Shown: positions 14,163-27,385 of the stretch, piece after piece | How the letters are laid out: each line of letters opens with the position of its first letter | Position numbering within the stretch: the first letter of the stretch is position 1 | NCBI GenBank assembly: GCA_965649765.1 | Contig: OZ287752.1 | Coordinates: 53,382,001 to 53,446,000 of the forward strand | DNA from: Bispira polyomma | Taxonomy: Eukaryota | Direction: 5' to 3' | DNA length: 64,000 bases | Program-made: the position numbers and the translations under genes | Notes under the pieces: model-generated | Seen by the model: only the letters and a program-made list of their open reading frames with translations | Told to the model about the DNA's origin: nothing | Database searches by the model: none

Positions 14163-15490
14163 TTACAAGCATAAGCAAATTTCTTGACCAAAATCGCTTT
14201 TTCTTTGACCACTGCTATTGTGATACGCTAGCCTATACAACGTTAACTTTAACCAATCAAATTTGTGCTTGCAGTGTGGACACCAGTCTAGATCATTGTT
14301 TTTGGACTTAAAACCGCGAAATAATAGATAAAACTCAATGCATGATGCTGTAAAATTGCAATTTCTGCACTTTACTACAATGTATGTCAGTGTCTTAAAG
14401 CCTGTCCACACCTACACGATCTGGAGCTATGTGTGTGTGACGTTTTTTAATCTTGGAAATCTTAAATCTTTTGAAAGCTAGTACAAACATAGTACAAGGT
14501 AATGCTAAAGTTAGGATCTCTGGTGCGTTCCTTCAGGGATGTTGGTTAATGGATGATATTGTTCTGGAAACATATTTGTTTGATCCACTGCCACATTCAC
14601 TTCAAACTGTTTGAAATAATCGTGGCAGAGCTCTTCCTTTCTGACAAGGATGTCTTCACTTGTCTGTATAAGTAGCATAATGTAGCATAACATAGCAGTA
14701 AGCAGTAGTAAGTAGTGAGATCGTCTCTACTCGTCTGTATTCGCTGCGGAATGTTTCACTAGGTAGCAAAACGCACCAGAAAGCAGCCGTAAGTAGCAGT
14801 ACAGTAGATCAACGTAGTAGTAGGTAGTTATATCCTAACAGTAAAATGTTAGATTTTTGCCCCGCTTCATCTGTATAAGTACCAACATTGTCACGAAACA
14901 TTACAAAACGTCACAATCGACTCCACCTTATGAAAATGACGTAACCTTGACATGAAACTACCACGTTTTCATCTATATTGCTTTGCTACATTGTGGGATG
15001 TTAGCACTTACAGGTGTGACCAGGCCATTAGTCACGTTTAGAGAAAATAGAGCTACAATAGACAACTGAGACTAGAAACTATGCTATAGGTTTCTGTAGT
15101 GATTAATGGCCTAGATGTTCTAGCACTTTCACCAAATGACAGTATTTCTGTACTTTATTGTTATATATGTCAGCCTTTTCAATCCAGTTCTTGGAAAGCA
15201 GGATACAAATAGCAATGGTTTAGTACATACACCATTGGTCTTAAAAGCCATAAATGGTCTTGATATGCTAACAAATGTCTTGGGACATCTACTGACATTA
15301 CATCTGTAATGTATGTCATCGTTTTCAGCATACTTCCGGGAAAACAGGAAACAGTTAGTTTGTAGCAATTTAGCACCTACACTATACATATTTATAGCTA
15401 TTACTAAGCTTGTTATTTTATGACTTTCTCTGAGTCTAATCGCAGTATTTCTGTACCTTTTTCCTTATGTATATCAGCTGTTTAGAAAAA
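14163..15490 (-). pseudogene. Cluster of decayed compact Cys-containing ORFs with an internally repeated domain
   Basis: TGFKTLTYIVVKCRN (14411 ORF) versus TGLKRLTYITIKYRN (15389 ORF) versus KQLIYIRK/RYRN (about 15480); CxxC pairs CRNC and CPHC. Confidence 0.5.
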
Positions 15491-15744
15491 ACAGGGTGAT
15501 AATGGCAGTCATTTTACACTACAAAGCTTTAAAATGGGCTTTTATGTTATACATTTTTACTCAACCTCTTGATTAAAACTACCATTTCCAAGTAGTATTT
15601 GAGGTATCAGTTATATACTGATTGCAGTACAAAATAAGGACTCAGAATAGACGTATAACTGGATTCCCACAGACATGCACTAGTTATTCATTGGCCCTTT
15701 ACTCAACACAGTTTATTGTCAAAATATGTTCAGTAGTTTTTGCA

Positions 15745-15965
15745 TTATTATTATTATTGTTATTATCAAACTTTGTCAGCGTTTATTTTTGATTATATCA
15801 AATTCTAAGGCGCTAGTTTAAATGATAATTAAAATATTAACTGAAGACTGGGAGACAATGATGAAGGGAATCGGTAAACAATTATTTTTTAATCTGTGGC
15901 TGATGAAATGTTAGGAGTTACCCTGATGCAATAAAGTAAACTATTCCACAGCTAGGGGAGGACCA
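15745..15965 (-). mobile_element. L2-clade LINE 3' end
   Basis: Minus strand encodes LWNSL, then AGCGCCTTAGAA..AAACGCT, and ends in an (AAT)n tail at about 15745-15760. Confidence 0.55.
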
Positions 15966-17511
15966 CCAAATACAATATTTATTTTTATTAAAATGAACCC
16001 TCGATGCCTGTATTCTTTACTTATTAATATGTACCTGTAACCTGAGGTAATAAAATATCTAAATAATAAATAAAGTATGAGCAGATCACATTCAATATAT
16101 TAATGCCAATAAGTAGAAACCCTGCTAAGGGTTAATTTATCCAGGAGAACCTGACTGAAGGATCATGGATTAATTCAGTAGGTCCCATGATTTTACGTAA
16201 GACCACCTTTAAGTACAAGTAATTACCTTAATCTAATTAGATTGTAGCCTAGGTGATGTTGTCTGAGGTTCAGACTTAGTCTAAGCCAGCCTTACGAAGG
16301 CTGTAACTAAATAACATAAATAAAAACAACAGTACATTTAGTCTTTTTTGCTGATGTTCTTAATGATCTAGAAATAACAAGAAAAACCCTTCGGTATTAG
16401 GCTTTAAGTCATTATTAAGTAGGAAATAAAATAAAATAAGTGAAAACCAGAAGGAACCTTAGCAGAGTGTATACTGTAAATTGGTTTGGTAGTTTTCTTG
16501 TAATCCTTGTGACAAACAAAATCAACCAAGCAATAGTCACAGAGAAGGCCATAACCACTGTGGTAGAGGTACATACAGATGTTATTGTAATTAGCTTATG
16601 TCTAATTATGAATAAATTATTTGATTTAATTATTTCTGCAACAGATTATTCACAATAGTCACAACCACTATACCCCGTTAATTGTTAGAATAATTAAGTG
16701 ATTGTAAATATCTAATAACAATGGAACCTACATTTTCTGACATTCATATTCAATTTGAAGTTTGACATTAAATTTTTTGTTAATTGAACTTTTTTCAGTT
16801 CCCTTATAAATCTACACCAAGACAATGACAATACATACGTGATTATAGCCATGGTAGTATATTGTTCAATTTATAAATAATAATTCACGAAGTATAGAAC
16901 AACTGATGAGCAATAGCAACTTACAACATAGGCATACTAAACTTTGAATGCCAGTCAATACACTTTTGAATTTAAAAAATATTTGATTTAAATTATTTTT
17001 TTTTTTGTTAATACATTAGGTGATAGCATGGATCCACATTTTACCACTTTCTAATATAACTACAACTGATTAAGCTTAAAAATTCTGCGCCTCAGCAAGG
17101 CATATTCAGCCTTAAGTATTTTTATAGCCTCATCAGTCCCTGCCTTCTTACTGTGAGGTCTATTTCCTTTGGCTGTATTTCTCTAAATAACTCAGACTCA
17201 ATCCAAACTAAAGCTGTAATGTCCAGATCGTTGTTAATATAATGAAGTTAAATAAAATCTGATAGCATATTTGAATTCAGCACCGAAAGCCCTTCAAAAA
17301 TTCATTTAATACAAGTATTGGTTATTTCCTTACAGGATCATTTCCACAGTCTTTATATGAGTTTAATCTGAATTTGAGATTAAATCATTTTGGAGAATAC
17401 GGGACCAGCCTGAGTCATAATGCAGGAAAACATGCTTGCATAAAACAGCTCCTCCTATAGGAGGATAATTTTCTGCAATGCCCTCTTTTTTCACCTGTGT
17501 ATGTGCTTCTA

Positions 17512-17862
17512 TGTGGTCTCTGTGGCTCAGCAGTTACAGTGTCAGACTTTGGATCTGGGGGTCCCGGTTTGATCCTTGTTGCAGGCCTGGATGTTGTATC
17601 CTTAGACAAGGTGCTTTACATAACATTGTCCCTCTCTACCCAGGTATATAAATGGTCGGTACCTGACCAGCTAATAGGTGTTAGTCGTTGTGTGCCGTAT
17701 ATGGCAGCATGGCTAGTATGCTTCCTGGAGGAGCTGAGACTGAGCACTTGGTTGACAAGTGGAAGAACCTGGGCTTGGAGGTGTAAATTGTCAAGTCGCC
17801 TAAGACCTCAATAGAGGTGATATCAGACTATAAACCTACACACATTTACACATTTTTACATT
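17512..17862 (+). mobile_element. tRNA-derived CORE-type SINE
   Basis: A-box TGGCTCAGCAG, B-box GGTTTGATCC, CORE-like GTTGTATCCTTAGACAAGGTGCTTTAC..CCAGGTATATAAATGG, and (ACATTT)n tail. Confidence 0.75.
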
Positions 17863-20330
17863 TGCTTAATCTCCACTGGCCAAGAGTATAAAGCCAGAAT
17901 GTTTATGTAACTTTCTTTCTTTCTCTGTCTCTTTCTCTGTACAAGTCACCCTATACAATCTGGTATTACCCTAGCCCTCCACATGTAAATACCTATAATG
18001 TAATCTTCCCATATTTCCCTAGGGTACTTTAACAGGCTTTTCACAACCTGTCTGACCCCACTAACCTTGGCCTACAAAAGCACCCCCCCCTCCCCCCCTT
18101 GTCACCCACTGGCCTGTCAGTGTTTCGTGGATGTCGGGCTGTCACTTTAGATGAGTGGATACTTAATACAAGACACCATTTTGTCTAAAAGTGCCTCTCC
18201 CCCCCCTCCTCTTTCTGGCAGACTGGGAATATATTGTGTAATGTCTGTATAGTGTTATCATTAAGGAAAGGAGTGTGTGACAAAGCGACTGTAAATTTAC
18301 TACAAATATTGTTTGGAATGCCAGCCAAATGAAGCTTTCCCTCTACATAGGAGTTCATATATCCAAAAAAGTGACTAACACTTGCAGTGTACAATTTATA
18401 CTATATGATTGTAAATGTTCTTTCTCTTTTTGAATATTTAATTATAATGTGGTACTGACATATAAAAACATGTTACACAAGGCTAAGTATGTGATATAGT
18501 ATTACATTATTATAAAAAAAATTATATTTCATTGAAATGTTCGAAGTATTTTTATTGCGATTAAACAGGTTTAAATGATTTGAGATTACATATTAACATT
18601 TTTTTACCAATATGATAAACAGATTACCACTTTTCGGTCTCATCGTAGACAATCATATTGCACATCCAGTGATACTAATCGTGAAGAACATATAGACTTA
18701 TCATCAACTTATGAATGCTTTTGTTGGAGGTATGTACTCTACTAAGTGTCATTATAGTTATATTAGTTCACATCTTATAGGCTGTGTTGATGTAAAATGG
18801 CTCATCAACCTCTAATTGAAGGCTTAATGATGACGGGAAAAGCCTTTCCCTACCAACGTCAGCTACCAGCCGATATCCCCCGGTCCCCCAGCCACCCTGA
18901 GACTATTAAGTTTATATTTAGATTCATGACTTCTGTCAGGGATCTAAATGCAATCCATCTTGTTACTTTTGTAGGCAAATGGGGCCCAAGTAGGTTAGGA
19001 TGGGCATTTTATATAATATTTTTTTTTCTTGACAAGGTAATTTTGTATGTAGTTTGGTCAGTAATCTGTAGGTAATTAGTCTTTTTGTTTACTTAAGTTT
19101 TGACCTGGTTAATGTAACATTTATTCTCCTAACATAGATCTGTCTGTAACATCAAAGAGAAAGAAGTCTCCTTATGGGACAAGACAGATCCTGTTACTTA
19201 TACAAGAGTATTATATTATGCATTAGACATATTTGTGTTTGTTTTAAGTCAGATAGAGTTGCTGACTAGCTTGAGACAGAATCAAGGCTAATAAACCACC
19301 AGTTTCTGTATCAAAGAGTCAAGAGAAGATCATTTCATTTGCCTAATATATAAGAATTTGTTGTCTATATGTTAACCTTTCCAATAGATCTTGTCTATAT
19401 GTTAACCTTTCCAATAGTATACAGTTCTTATCAGTGGCTGGGAGATGTCAGGAATCTACAATAAAAGTCAACCTGCTTTTACCTGGCTGGTCTCCGGGAA
19501 AATCCATGTTTTATCTGAATTTTATGCATTTTTATGCATGATTGGTATATCGCACCCAGTCAGACAGAGGTTGCGATCTCCTACTGATCTCCTAAGAATT
19601 GCACAATATATTTTTGTTGTTCTCTGGTAGTTTTCACTAGTTATAGGCCCAGTTTAGTCAGAAGCTGGTTTTTGCTGCTGCACTAAAAATCCTGCGGCCG
19701 AGTTAAATGGTTGGAGGTAGTTCGTAAGTGGTTGCATGTGGTTTTACAAATGACATATTTGAGATTTTGCTGGCCAGAAGCACCTGCTACTAGTCGCTGA
19801 TAAACTCACGATCTTCTTCTGAGTGTGACCATCTATTTGACGACAACCAATATTTGTTTGGTTAAAATATTTTATTGTGACACAATCTGGCACGTCCATA
19901 AAGACTAATATTGGTACACACACCCTAGTAAATGAGGTGAACAAGTCACAAAAAATACATGACATCCTTATCTCTTATAAAGTACAAGACAGTGTCAATT
20001 GTTAAGACAAACTTTTAATAGGTATTAATACTTAGAAAGCTATCTACAATTGAAAACCAACCCTACAATTTAAACTTAATCAGACATGAAAAACATCATG
20101 AGTGCAGCCACCCTGAGACTATTAATTAAGTTTAAATTTCTATTCATGACTTCCGTCAGGGAGGATCTAAATCTAATCCATCTTGTTACTTCTAACAAAA
20201 AAACAAAGGGATATCCAATCACATAGGCAGTAGTTCTAACTACAAACGGTTGGTGTAAGTGTCTATCTATATTGCTTTAGTTTTATTTTTATTTTCTTAA
20301 ATCGAAAATCTAAATCAAGAAAAAGTCAAA

Positions 20331-20555
20331 TTGCATGTCTTCAAAATATGTTACCATTTGTTCGGGCCAAAATATTTGCACTTATCAAGCATATATTTCG
20401 ATTACTATTTTGAAGAGATGACCCTGTATTCTCAGAGGTGTACTTGTAAAGGTCATACTTGCAGGCAGGAATCTACCCGAGCCTTTTCTAAGGCTTCAGT
20501 TTGCTATATCATGATGGAATTCAGATTTGAATTTACAGCTGTGCCTAAAGAATAA
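20331..20555 (+). pseudogene. Decayed member of the compact xTLY..C..(G/R)QE ORF family
   Basis: EEMTLYSQRCTCKGHTCRQESTR resembles RMTLYQCVQGSKTCHCGQEPVR (about 22100-22180, minus). Confidence 0.35.
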
Positions 20556-21469
20556 CACACTAATTTATGAACATAGAGAGCCTAGGTTCGATCCCAACTC
20601 ACAACGTCTAGGTAGAGGCAGATATAGAGTAGCCTAGAGGATCACTTTGTGATCCAATTTTGGCCCTGTTATTTGAGTCCTGTCACAGTGTCAGACTGAA
20701 GAACCTTATACCCCTGTTCCACTATGCTGACCATGACCTTCGACCCTAACAAGTGTAAGTTTTGGGGCTGTTATCGTGGACGATTCGCCCCACTAACGAC
20801 CTATCTCTTGATGAAATAACTTATCTTTTGCAATTGGGGAGGTCACAGAGGTTTTCAAACATATTAGATAACCTCTGCGAGTGAGTGTGTATCGGCCGAT
20901 CAGTCGGGCCCCCTCCAGAGTTATCTTTTCCTTTTAATGACTTATCTTATCCTTCTAGTAATTTCACAAGAAAATTGTTAATTAACACTTTGTATACCAG
21001 ACTAAGATAGATTAATGTAATGAGTATAATTTTAAATACGATGCAGCAGAATGACAAAATTTAATTTTATAACTCTTGTAATTTTCCTATACAGATGTTT
21101 GTTCTTTGCAAGCTGAAGAATCCATTGTAAAAATTTATACCAATGACTGATGGTGTAAATACTTATAAGTGTGGATATATTATGCTTAATCAAATGTGTA
21201 TATGCGTACCAAATAAGACTATGTCACAATCCTCAGCCTCAAGCAAGGCTAACACATCCACACAATCTTTCCCACACACCGGTAGCTCATTTGTTTGGTT
21301 AGGTTTTACAGGCTTTAGGGTAAAAATTCCCTTTGCTACTCACGTACAGTACCAGCAAATAACTTAGGGTTCTTTAGTACCCAGTACACATCTTGGATCT
21401 AGGCACCTAGCCTTTCAACAGGCACATCGATGTGTGGTTAAAAAGCATAATATTAAATTAATTATTAAT

Positions 21470-23510
21470 CTCATATTTGGTAATTTTTTACTGGCGTCAT
21501 CACAAAGTCTGGTCTTATATTATACTTTTTGAAATTTATTGTCAAAATCTGTGTTAATCTGATTTTTACCATTTTTTTAAAGACAGAAGAAATAATATAA
21601 GCTTGCTGGGCCTCCAAAAGTTCCTCAGTAAAGGCTGAGATTAAAAATCTACCAGTGGAATGTTTGATACTGTGTATCCAAAAGTCGAATTGTAACCTAC
21701 TGTACAAAGCTTAAATACTGGGAAACCGGGCACATCAATACATATGGTAGGTGGATATTGATTGCTGGTATGGTCTTTAACAGGCAATGTGATTTCTAGT
21801 AGTATTATTTCTGGAGATACTCCACTATACCACTTTTTTGTGGGACACTTTTGACGTTAAAATGATGCTAAAATATACGGAACATTGCATTTTTCTTGTA
21901 TTTATTTAGTTTCGCCCCTGCCATTGTCTTGTCATTGATATCCATTATTGTCACGTGTTTAGAATAAAAACAGCAAGTTTATGAAAAATTCATTAAAATT
22001 AATATTTTCAATGCTCTCTGAGCATGCATGAATATAAACATACACATACAAAACGGTCACCAAACACAACACACTAGTACCACTTTACAATTGTGAACTG
22101 TTCTCACTGGCTCTTGTCCACAGTGGCAGGTTTTAGAACCTTGGACACATTGATACAAATGGGGTCATCCTAAAATTTCTCACTTCAGGCAACCTACTTA
22201 CAGTTATACTGGTGTGGAGTGAAGAAAGCACGTAATTTGGTGTTCTGCATTCGAAATAAATGGGTATAGTGTATTGAGTATAATTATGAATAACAGTAAC
22301 AAAACATAAAGGTAAATGTGGCTTCATATACAGCACTAAAGTGTAGGTGGCAAAGAGGGTAGCCAACTCACTAAGGATCGCAGAGCACATTGTTTCGATT
22401 CCAACCTGGGGCGATGAAGTACACATAGATGCATAATGGCTGAAATAATGTCCATCAGTCGTTGGGTTCTATCCCCAGTGACTGGTTAAAAAACTTTGGG
22501 TACTTTGATAAAGGGTCATCCTTAGGTTTCTTTCTTCAGTAAAGGGAAAAATACTTGCAGTTGCTGGTTGGCTGTACTTGCACAACAAAGAACAAGTTAG
22601 TGCATTGAATTTCAAAGCTTGATAAAGTCAATATACAAATACCAATTGAGATGTATTGTGATAACGTTATGGTACTTTAATGAGAATTATGAAATTAACA
22701 TAAACTGGGTCCCGGTTTACAATTGAGTAATTCCTTGGAGAATATAAATATTACTGTTTACTGTTTAGACGTTTTCAAAGTTGTTTGGAAATTAATTGAT
22801 GAAAATGTTACAATGAAACCGACCATCTCAACAAAGGCTACAATTGTAACGGTAATTTTTTTTATTATTTTTTTTCGTTTTGAAATATTATCCATATCAC
22901 GTGAGTATACAATCAAAATCCAGTAGATATGTCCAGTAGTATTGCAAAACAACTTGGTGAATAGCATAGAGTGCGTTGTATATAAATAGATCACTTCACA
23001 GACAACATTTACTTGAAATCATATTTTAGAAGTTCACAGGCTTAACTGAGCAGAAGGGTGTTTAGTAGGACTTCATTGGTCAATGTAATATAAAAACATA
23101 CATTGATATATTTTCTGGTTAGTTACTTTTCACTATGGGAAATAACACAATTTTTTTTCATGATGTTAAGTCTTTTTTTAGATAAATACACATATTCAGA
23201 GAAAACAGACTAAATTCATCAGAAAATAACAGACCACCCCTTGTACAAGGTTGATTCAGTACACAACTACCTACTTGCCTCAATACTATTACAGTCTTCA
23301 GATCTAGTCCAATGTAAACAACATCAACTTTCGAACCATTAAAGAAGTATTTGTTCTCCTTAGGGGACACAAAGCCCATTTTTTTCACTTTTACTCGTTG
23401 TTTAGTAAATATAAAATGTTTAAGTGCAGTGAAAAGCATCAATGTAAACTCAGTAAACTCAAAATAATTTGGTAGTGCCCTATGGGAAATTCTAGAAAAC
23501 AATTCTTGTC
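21470..23510 (-). pseudogene. Decayed compact ORF cluster with repeated domain
   Basis: EERNLRMTLYQ (about 22510-22540) and EVRNFRMT/LYQ (about 22150-22185) are duplicated; ORFs 22133-22426 and 23158-23502 are interrupted by stops and frameshifts. Confidence 0.4.
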
Positions 23511-24229
23511 TTATTCTAATAAGAGGTTAACATCTAGGCACTTGAATTCAAAACAGAAAGCTAAAAAAGAGTAACACCATCCCCAATGGCTGTTTACATG
23601 TAATTAATCCACAGGTCAAGGTCATTACTGCAAGTATAGTCATTGAACTAATACAATTAAACAAATACCTCTTTTAAACAAAACCTTCTTTAACCACTGA
23701 ATATAGCTTTAAGGCTGAGCATGTGGCCCATTGAAAGTGTTGCTAATTTAAACCCTTTTTATTCTATCATTACTTATTTTATAGGTGAGAGGAAAGCAAT
23801 TGCCCCGCAAACTATAATCTATATCTATCAAATTCACTACATGTCTGATTATACCCGAATACGTTACATATGTACGGTTAAGATATCCATACTATAAGTT
23901 GTGATATATGTTTAGTTTAGACATATGTTTCTATTGGTCATAGAATGAATCACATACACACAGTAGATATTCAATAAGCTTGTGGAATACACATTTTCTG
24001 AATATGTTGATACAGAAACAGAATGTACTCAGGAATGCATTAGTAATTAAATAACGTGCCTAATTGTAAAAGATTCGGTTTTAAGTGTGGTAAGTTAAAA
24101 TGTGAGTATCCCCTCTTACAAATACAGCAAAATAGTAAGGGTAGTTTCACTATCCTAACATGGTAATTTACACTGCTGGTATATCTAAGCTGCTAGTTTT
24201 CTGTCAGATCATCATAACTAAAATGTTAC

Positions 24230-24390
24230 TTTATGCTCTTAAGGTGGCGGTAAATTCATCTTAACTAAAAGTAAGCATACTGAATGTCATTAAGATGACA
24301 GGAAATTCAGCTTAACTAAGGTTACACACATGATAGCCGTTATGAAGATTATGATAGTTACATCATGATTACTAAGGTTACCTCAGTAGT
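24230..24390. repeat. About 51-bp tandem repeat with TTAACTAAGGTTAC(C) core
   Basis: TTAAGGTGGCGGTAAATTCATCTTAACTAAAAGT / TTAAGATGACAGGAAATTCAGCTTAACTAAGGTT / CTAAGGTTACCTCAG. Confidence 0.6.
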
Positions 24391-26374
24391 ATCTAGGCTT
24401 GCATTCACCACAGGTATAAATTGTTTCTTTATATACTCTGGTTTTCCTTGATTTATGCAATTTTACCGGTATAGTTTATTCATTGAATGTTTACATATTC
24501 ATCAGTCATAATATTTTTATTATCACAATGCTATACGTACAGTCTCTCAATATACTGATTTTTGTTTCAAATGTCTGTTTCAAATATCTGTATTATACGA
24601 CCCAGAATCCTTGGCAACCAATTCCATCAATAAAGTAAACTTGGTATATCGGTTTTCCATCCAGGGAAATAAATCTGATTTAGGAGACCTCTGGGTGCTT
24701 CCACAAGTGGACAAAGTGATTTGTCCCACTCAAGACCAGGCTAAAAATAAAACAGCTCTCCATCACTAATATGGGGTTGAGGCTATTACCTCCATCAGGA
24801 GGTTATGCTTTAAACCCGGTCTGCTTGTTGGTTTGTTTGTCAGAATGATCATGCAACAAACTACTAAACCAATTGATACTACAATTGCAATTAAGGAATG
24901 GGGAGATGTAGAAACCAGTACATGTTGGTGCAAATATTGATACTGTTAAGTGAATAGTGGTGCAATTCACTGTGTACTTTAATGAGTTTTTACCATATAC
25001 CTCCAAACTTACTATGAAATGGGTTTATTGGTTAAATAATATTTTGCCCCACTTTTTGATATGCTATCCAATGGCCGACTTTGACAGGTCTAGGTCTGTA
25101 ATTTAAGGACAGTCTCTTTCAATTTTATCCCCTATGATGGAGGTTCATCTTGTTGTTTCATACTTTTTAACGTATTAAGTAATATTACGATGGCCAGGAA
25201 TTTTAGTAAATGAAATACTGTAGCTATATAGGTCTGCAAATTATGTAGATTTATGTGAATATTATTTTCAGTCTAATACTTATAAGAAGTAGGTTATGTG
25301 TTCTCCTGGTTTGTTTGTGACCACAGAAAAGAGAATAAAGTGGAAGAATGGGGTTATAGGTCAAAGAATACCTTACATTTTGAAGGGGATCTGCGTATAA
25401 GGGGGGGGGGGGATCCATAATTTAATTTACTTTTTTTGGCGCAGTTGCACTTTGGCAAAAGTAAGCACTCTACTGGTTCCCTCCTAATATAACAGTCACT
25501 GCAAAGAAGATTGCATGACAAATAAACCCCCCAATTACTGAAAGCATACTTTAAAAATATTATGGTATTGATTGGAACTTAAATGTGTACCAACACACAG
25601 CCAATCAAATGTTAAATACCAACAAATTGTTTACTGGGGCAGTTTGTCTCCCTCTCTTTGTGTCGTCAATTTTTAACTGAAAACCAAAGAGTGAACATAT
25701 ATAATTTTCTTTCCCACCCACTGCCCTAATTTTAGGTGGAAAATTGAAATGATTGTACATTGTATGTTGTACCCCTTAATGTAGCAGGTAGCTTCTGGTG
25801 GAAGGTGTTCAAACCCTAGACCGTGTGGGAGGTTAGTCCTGTCCCCTCAAGAATATTTTACTAGATGGGAAGCTGTAGCATACTTTAATATTTTAAACCT
25901 TTTAAAATTTTTGTAAAGTTATAAATAGCAGCCAATCTTTCAAATTAACTTTCTCAAACCTCGATTAGACTTCCTAACTTAAACTCAACACCAACTTGAC
26001 CTTGCCAGGTCAAGATTTATATATACATGGCAATACAAAATCTCATCATAATTTTTTACCTCAAATCATCTCTTTTTAAAGAGTAAATATTGCTAAAGTT
26101 TATTATAAGCGACTGTGTATGTATATTTCTCATTTTATTTGATAACAATTTTCAAATCCCATAAAATCCAAATGAATCACACAATGCTGAAATTGTCTAT
26201 TTAGTTCATCTATTTATTACAATAATGTAATAGAGAATGCTATATTTCCTATGCTATAAACATTACCTTGATATAGATTATCGGTCTGACACCATTAGTC
26301 TGTGTTTCCATGAAGCTGATAGCAAATCCCTACTCTGTAACTTAAAAGGGGAAAGAGACTTCTGTTTTCTCTGT

Positions 26375-26520
26375 TAAACGTACAAAGATGGCTGGGTCTA
26401 GAGCTTTCTCTGTTGCTGTCCCTATATTGTGAAATAGTCGCCATGTTATGGTTATATCACTTAAAACACTTTCTGGTTATGTTAAAAAGCTTTAAACTCT
26501 TAAAACTCGCCTTATTCCCT
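26375..26520 (+). mobile_element. L2 LINE 3' ORF2 fragment
   Basis: GSRAFSVAVPIL*NS motif homologous to 160-210 and 61840-61880. Confidence 0.6.
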
Positions 26521-27084
26521 CCTTATACACCGTATTACGACCTAATATTGTCCTAGCGGTCAGTCATATGATGATGTCAGCTACATGGAAACATATGGCA
26601 AGGTTTGAATTAAAGTCTACCACATTATTTAAGGGTTTCCAGGTATCCGACACAAACATCCAGCATTGTAAACAAACCAGAACTCCCATATTCTTTGGAT
26701 AAATTATTTGATTTTCAAAAAAAATGATCAGAAAATCACACCCTACAATCTTCTGTCAGGAGTGTTAGTTATTTTCTGTCAGCTAGCAGCAGTCTGTTAC
26801 ATGGTCACATATGCTTATCATACAATCAGCCCCATCATTGCTAAAACACGATTGGAAAAAGGAATAGTGTGATATGAGTTGGGGATGGGGAAAGGGATGA
26901 ATGTCAAAAATTGCTTCACCCCTGCTTTACTGTATACAAAGTATTGTGTAAGTGGGAATTACAGCTGGTAATAAAAAAAACTATCACTTATGTTGAACCC
27001 AGTAGTGATAACATAGTTTTATAGTAATGGTGATATTTCTCTGTACTACATATACTATATAATTTTATCTAATAGTTTTAACAG

Positions 27085-27385
27085 TTAAGGCCACCTTAAC
27101 ATCAACTATTTATGCATTACAGCAAGATAGTAATGCTATTGGTACCTAACCTTAACCTTAAGAAGAAACTATTCTAAATTTAAGGTGACCTTAAAATGGC
27201 CAATCTTAAATCTTCCTATTCCAAAACTTAAATCCTAAGGTTACCTTAACTTACGTTAAGTCAATCTTACCTTCAAATAAAAATTAACCTTAAACTCAGA
27301 TTTAACTTAAGGTAACCCTAAACTGGGGGGGTTAATCCAGTTTAAGTTTCACATTACGTTAAGGTCTTCGTATACGTTAAGTTGG
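27085..27385. repeat. Array of TAAGGTNACCTTAA palindromes
   Basis: Perfect TTTAAGGTGACCTTAAA near 27179, TAAGGTTACCTTAA near 27236, TTAAGGTAACCCTAA near 27307; begins AGGCCACCTTA like the 12030 array. Confidence 0.8.

Noticed and set aside
20575-20920. B-box GGTTCGATCCC and Harbinger-like fragments
   Set aside because: Too partial to define ends or family.
9905-27385. Palindrome arrays as CRISPR arrays or bacterial dif/Xer sites
   Set aside because: Eukaryotic context, no constant repeat-spacer periodicity, no cas genes, and no dif-like 11-6-11 arm structure.
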